DNA from: Phycisphaeraceae bacterium | GTDB taxonomy: Bacteria > Planctomycetota > Phycisphaerae > Phycisphaerales > Phycisphaeraceae | Direction of reading: 5' to 3' | Length of the DNA: 64,000 nucleotides | NCBI GenBank assembly: GCA_963674705.1 | Contig: OY771506.1 | Span: 4,736,001 to 4,800,000 of the forward strand | Shown: positions 63,493-64,000 of the stretch, piece by piece | Layout: every line of letters starts with the position of its first letter | How positions within the stretch are numbered: position 1 is the first letter of the stretch | Translations under genes and position numbers: made by a program | The notes under the pieces: model-generated | The model's input: only the letters and a program-made list of their open reading frames with translations | Database searches by the model: none | Told to the model about the DNA's origin: nothing

Positions 63493-63562
63493 CGAAACTG
63501 ATTGGCATAGGCGGGTGAAGTACTCGTGATATACTAAATGGATTTACCCGCTTGGAGCTACC

Positions 63563-64000
63563 ATGGAACGCAAGAGAAACGGATTCACGCTCATCGAACT
63601 GCTGGTGGTAATCTCCATAATCGCCCTGCTCGTGGGCATCCTTTTGCCCGCCCTGGGCGCAGCTCGTCGGACAGCCCAAGCGACCAAATGCCTTTCCAAC
63701 CAGCGCCAGATCGGCATCGCGCTGATGGGCTACACCGTAGACAACAACGCTTTCTACCCCCCGGTACTCGACTTCGCCCTGCTCGTTGGGCAACGCGGCG
63801 AGACCGACCACTTCCAAAACCGCGCTTTCGCACCCGGCAGTGTTGATCCCGATGATGCACCGCGGCCATTAATGGATGAACAATACCTGGGTGATCCCGA
63901 CGTAGCCGAATGCCCTTCCGACATCGGTGACTCGATCAATCCGAATGGCGAAGTCATCGATAACTGCTTTAGCGCGTACGGCACAAGCTACCGCACGATG
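63563..64000 (+). CDS. Prepilin-type cleavage/methylation protein (3' partial; absent from the ORF track)
   Basis: Manual translation [51 protein letters not shown]...ECPSD...; open to the window end. Confidence 0.92.
   Translation, partial: MERKRNGFTLIELLVVISIIALLVGILLPALGAARRTAQATKCLSNQRQIGIALMGYTVDNNAFYPPVLDFALLVGQRGETDHFQNRAFAPGSVDPDDAPRPLMDEQYLGDPDVAECPSDIGDSINPNGEVIDNCFSAYGTSYRTM

Noticed and set aside
1..64000. tRNA, rRNA, riboswitch, prophage or anti-phage defence genes
   Set aside because: None recognisable by eye; an Infernal/tRNAscan run would be needed to exclude small structured RNAs.

Overview
Bacterial accessory-genome window. The PEP-CTERM proteins, prepilin-like '[24 protein letters not shown]' proteins and 'GDLNxDGFVGLDDLDIVLNNWN' dockerin-like repeats point to Planctomycetota, probably Phycisphaerae (inference). 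Left to right: (1) 1-8201, a tandem array of four paralogous PEP-CTERM beta-propeller proteins (two frameshifted) followed by a TMTC-like GT-C/TPR gene. (2) 8286-18050, a sigma-54 module: sensor kinase with an in-frame G12 tract, NtrC-type activator, stand-alone receiver, multi-BON protein, HEAT protein, P3A H+-ATPase and general stress protein, with two -24/-12 promoters. (3) 18200-28400, a decayed carbohydrate locus (sialate O-acetylesterase, sulfatase, FG-GAP, prepilin and PEP-CTERM pseudogenes) cut by two IS3 elements. (4) 28750-39120, an intact glycan operon of unknown product: GH-A/GT2 fusion, ABC exporter, three paralogous GT-B proteins, a pyruvyltransferase-like protein and a GT-C protein. 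(5) 39126-40217, IS1595 plus IS remnants. (6) 40390-56910, an intact sugar-utilisation locus: DUF5009, two GHL10 hydrolases, two Gfo/Idh/MocA and one FAD oxidoreductase, ABC importer, GntR-LacI regulator, PEP-CTERM and prepilin-like genes. (7) 57076-64000, GH31 genes (one a pseudogene), LacI and another prepilin-like gene. No rRNA, tRNA or CRISPR array was seen. All family calls come from motif recognition by eye, not from database searches.
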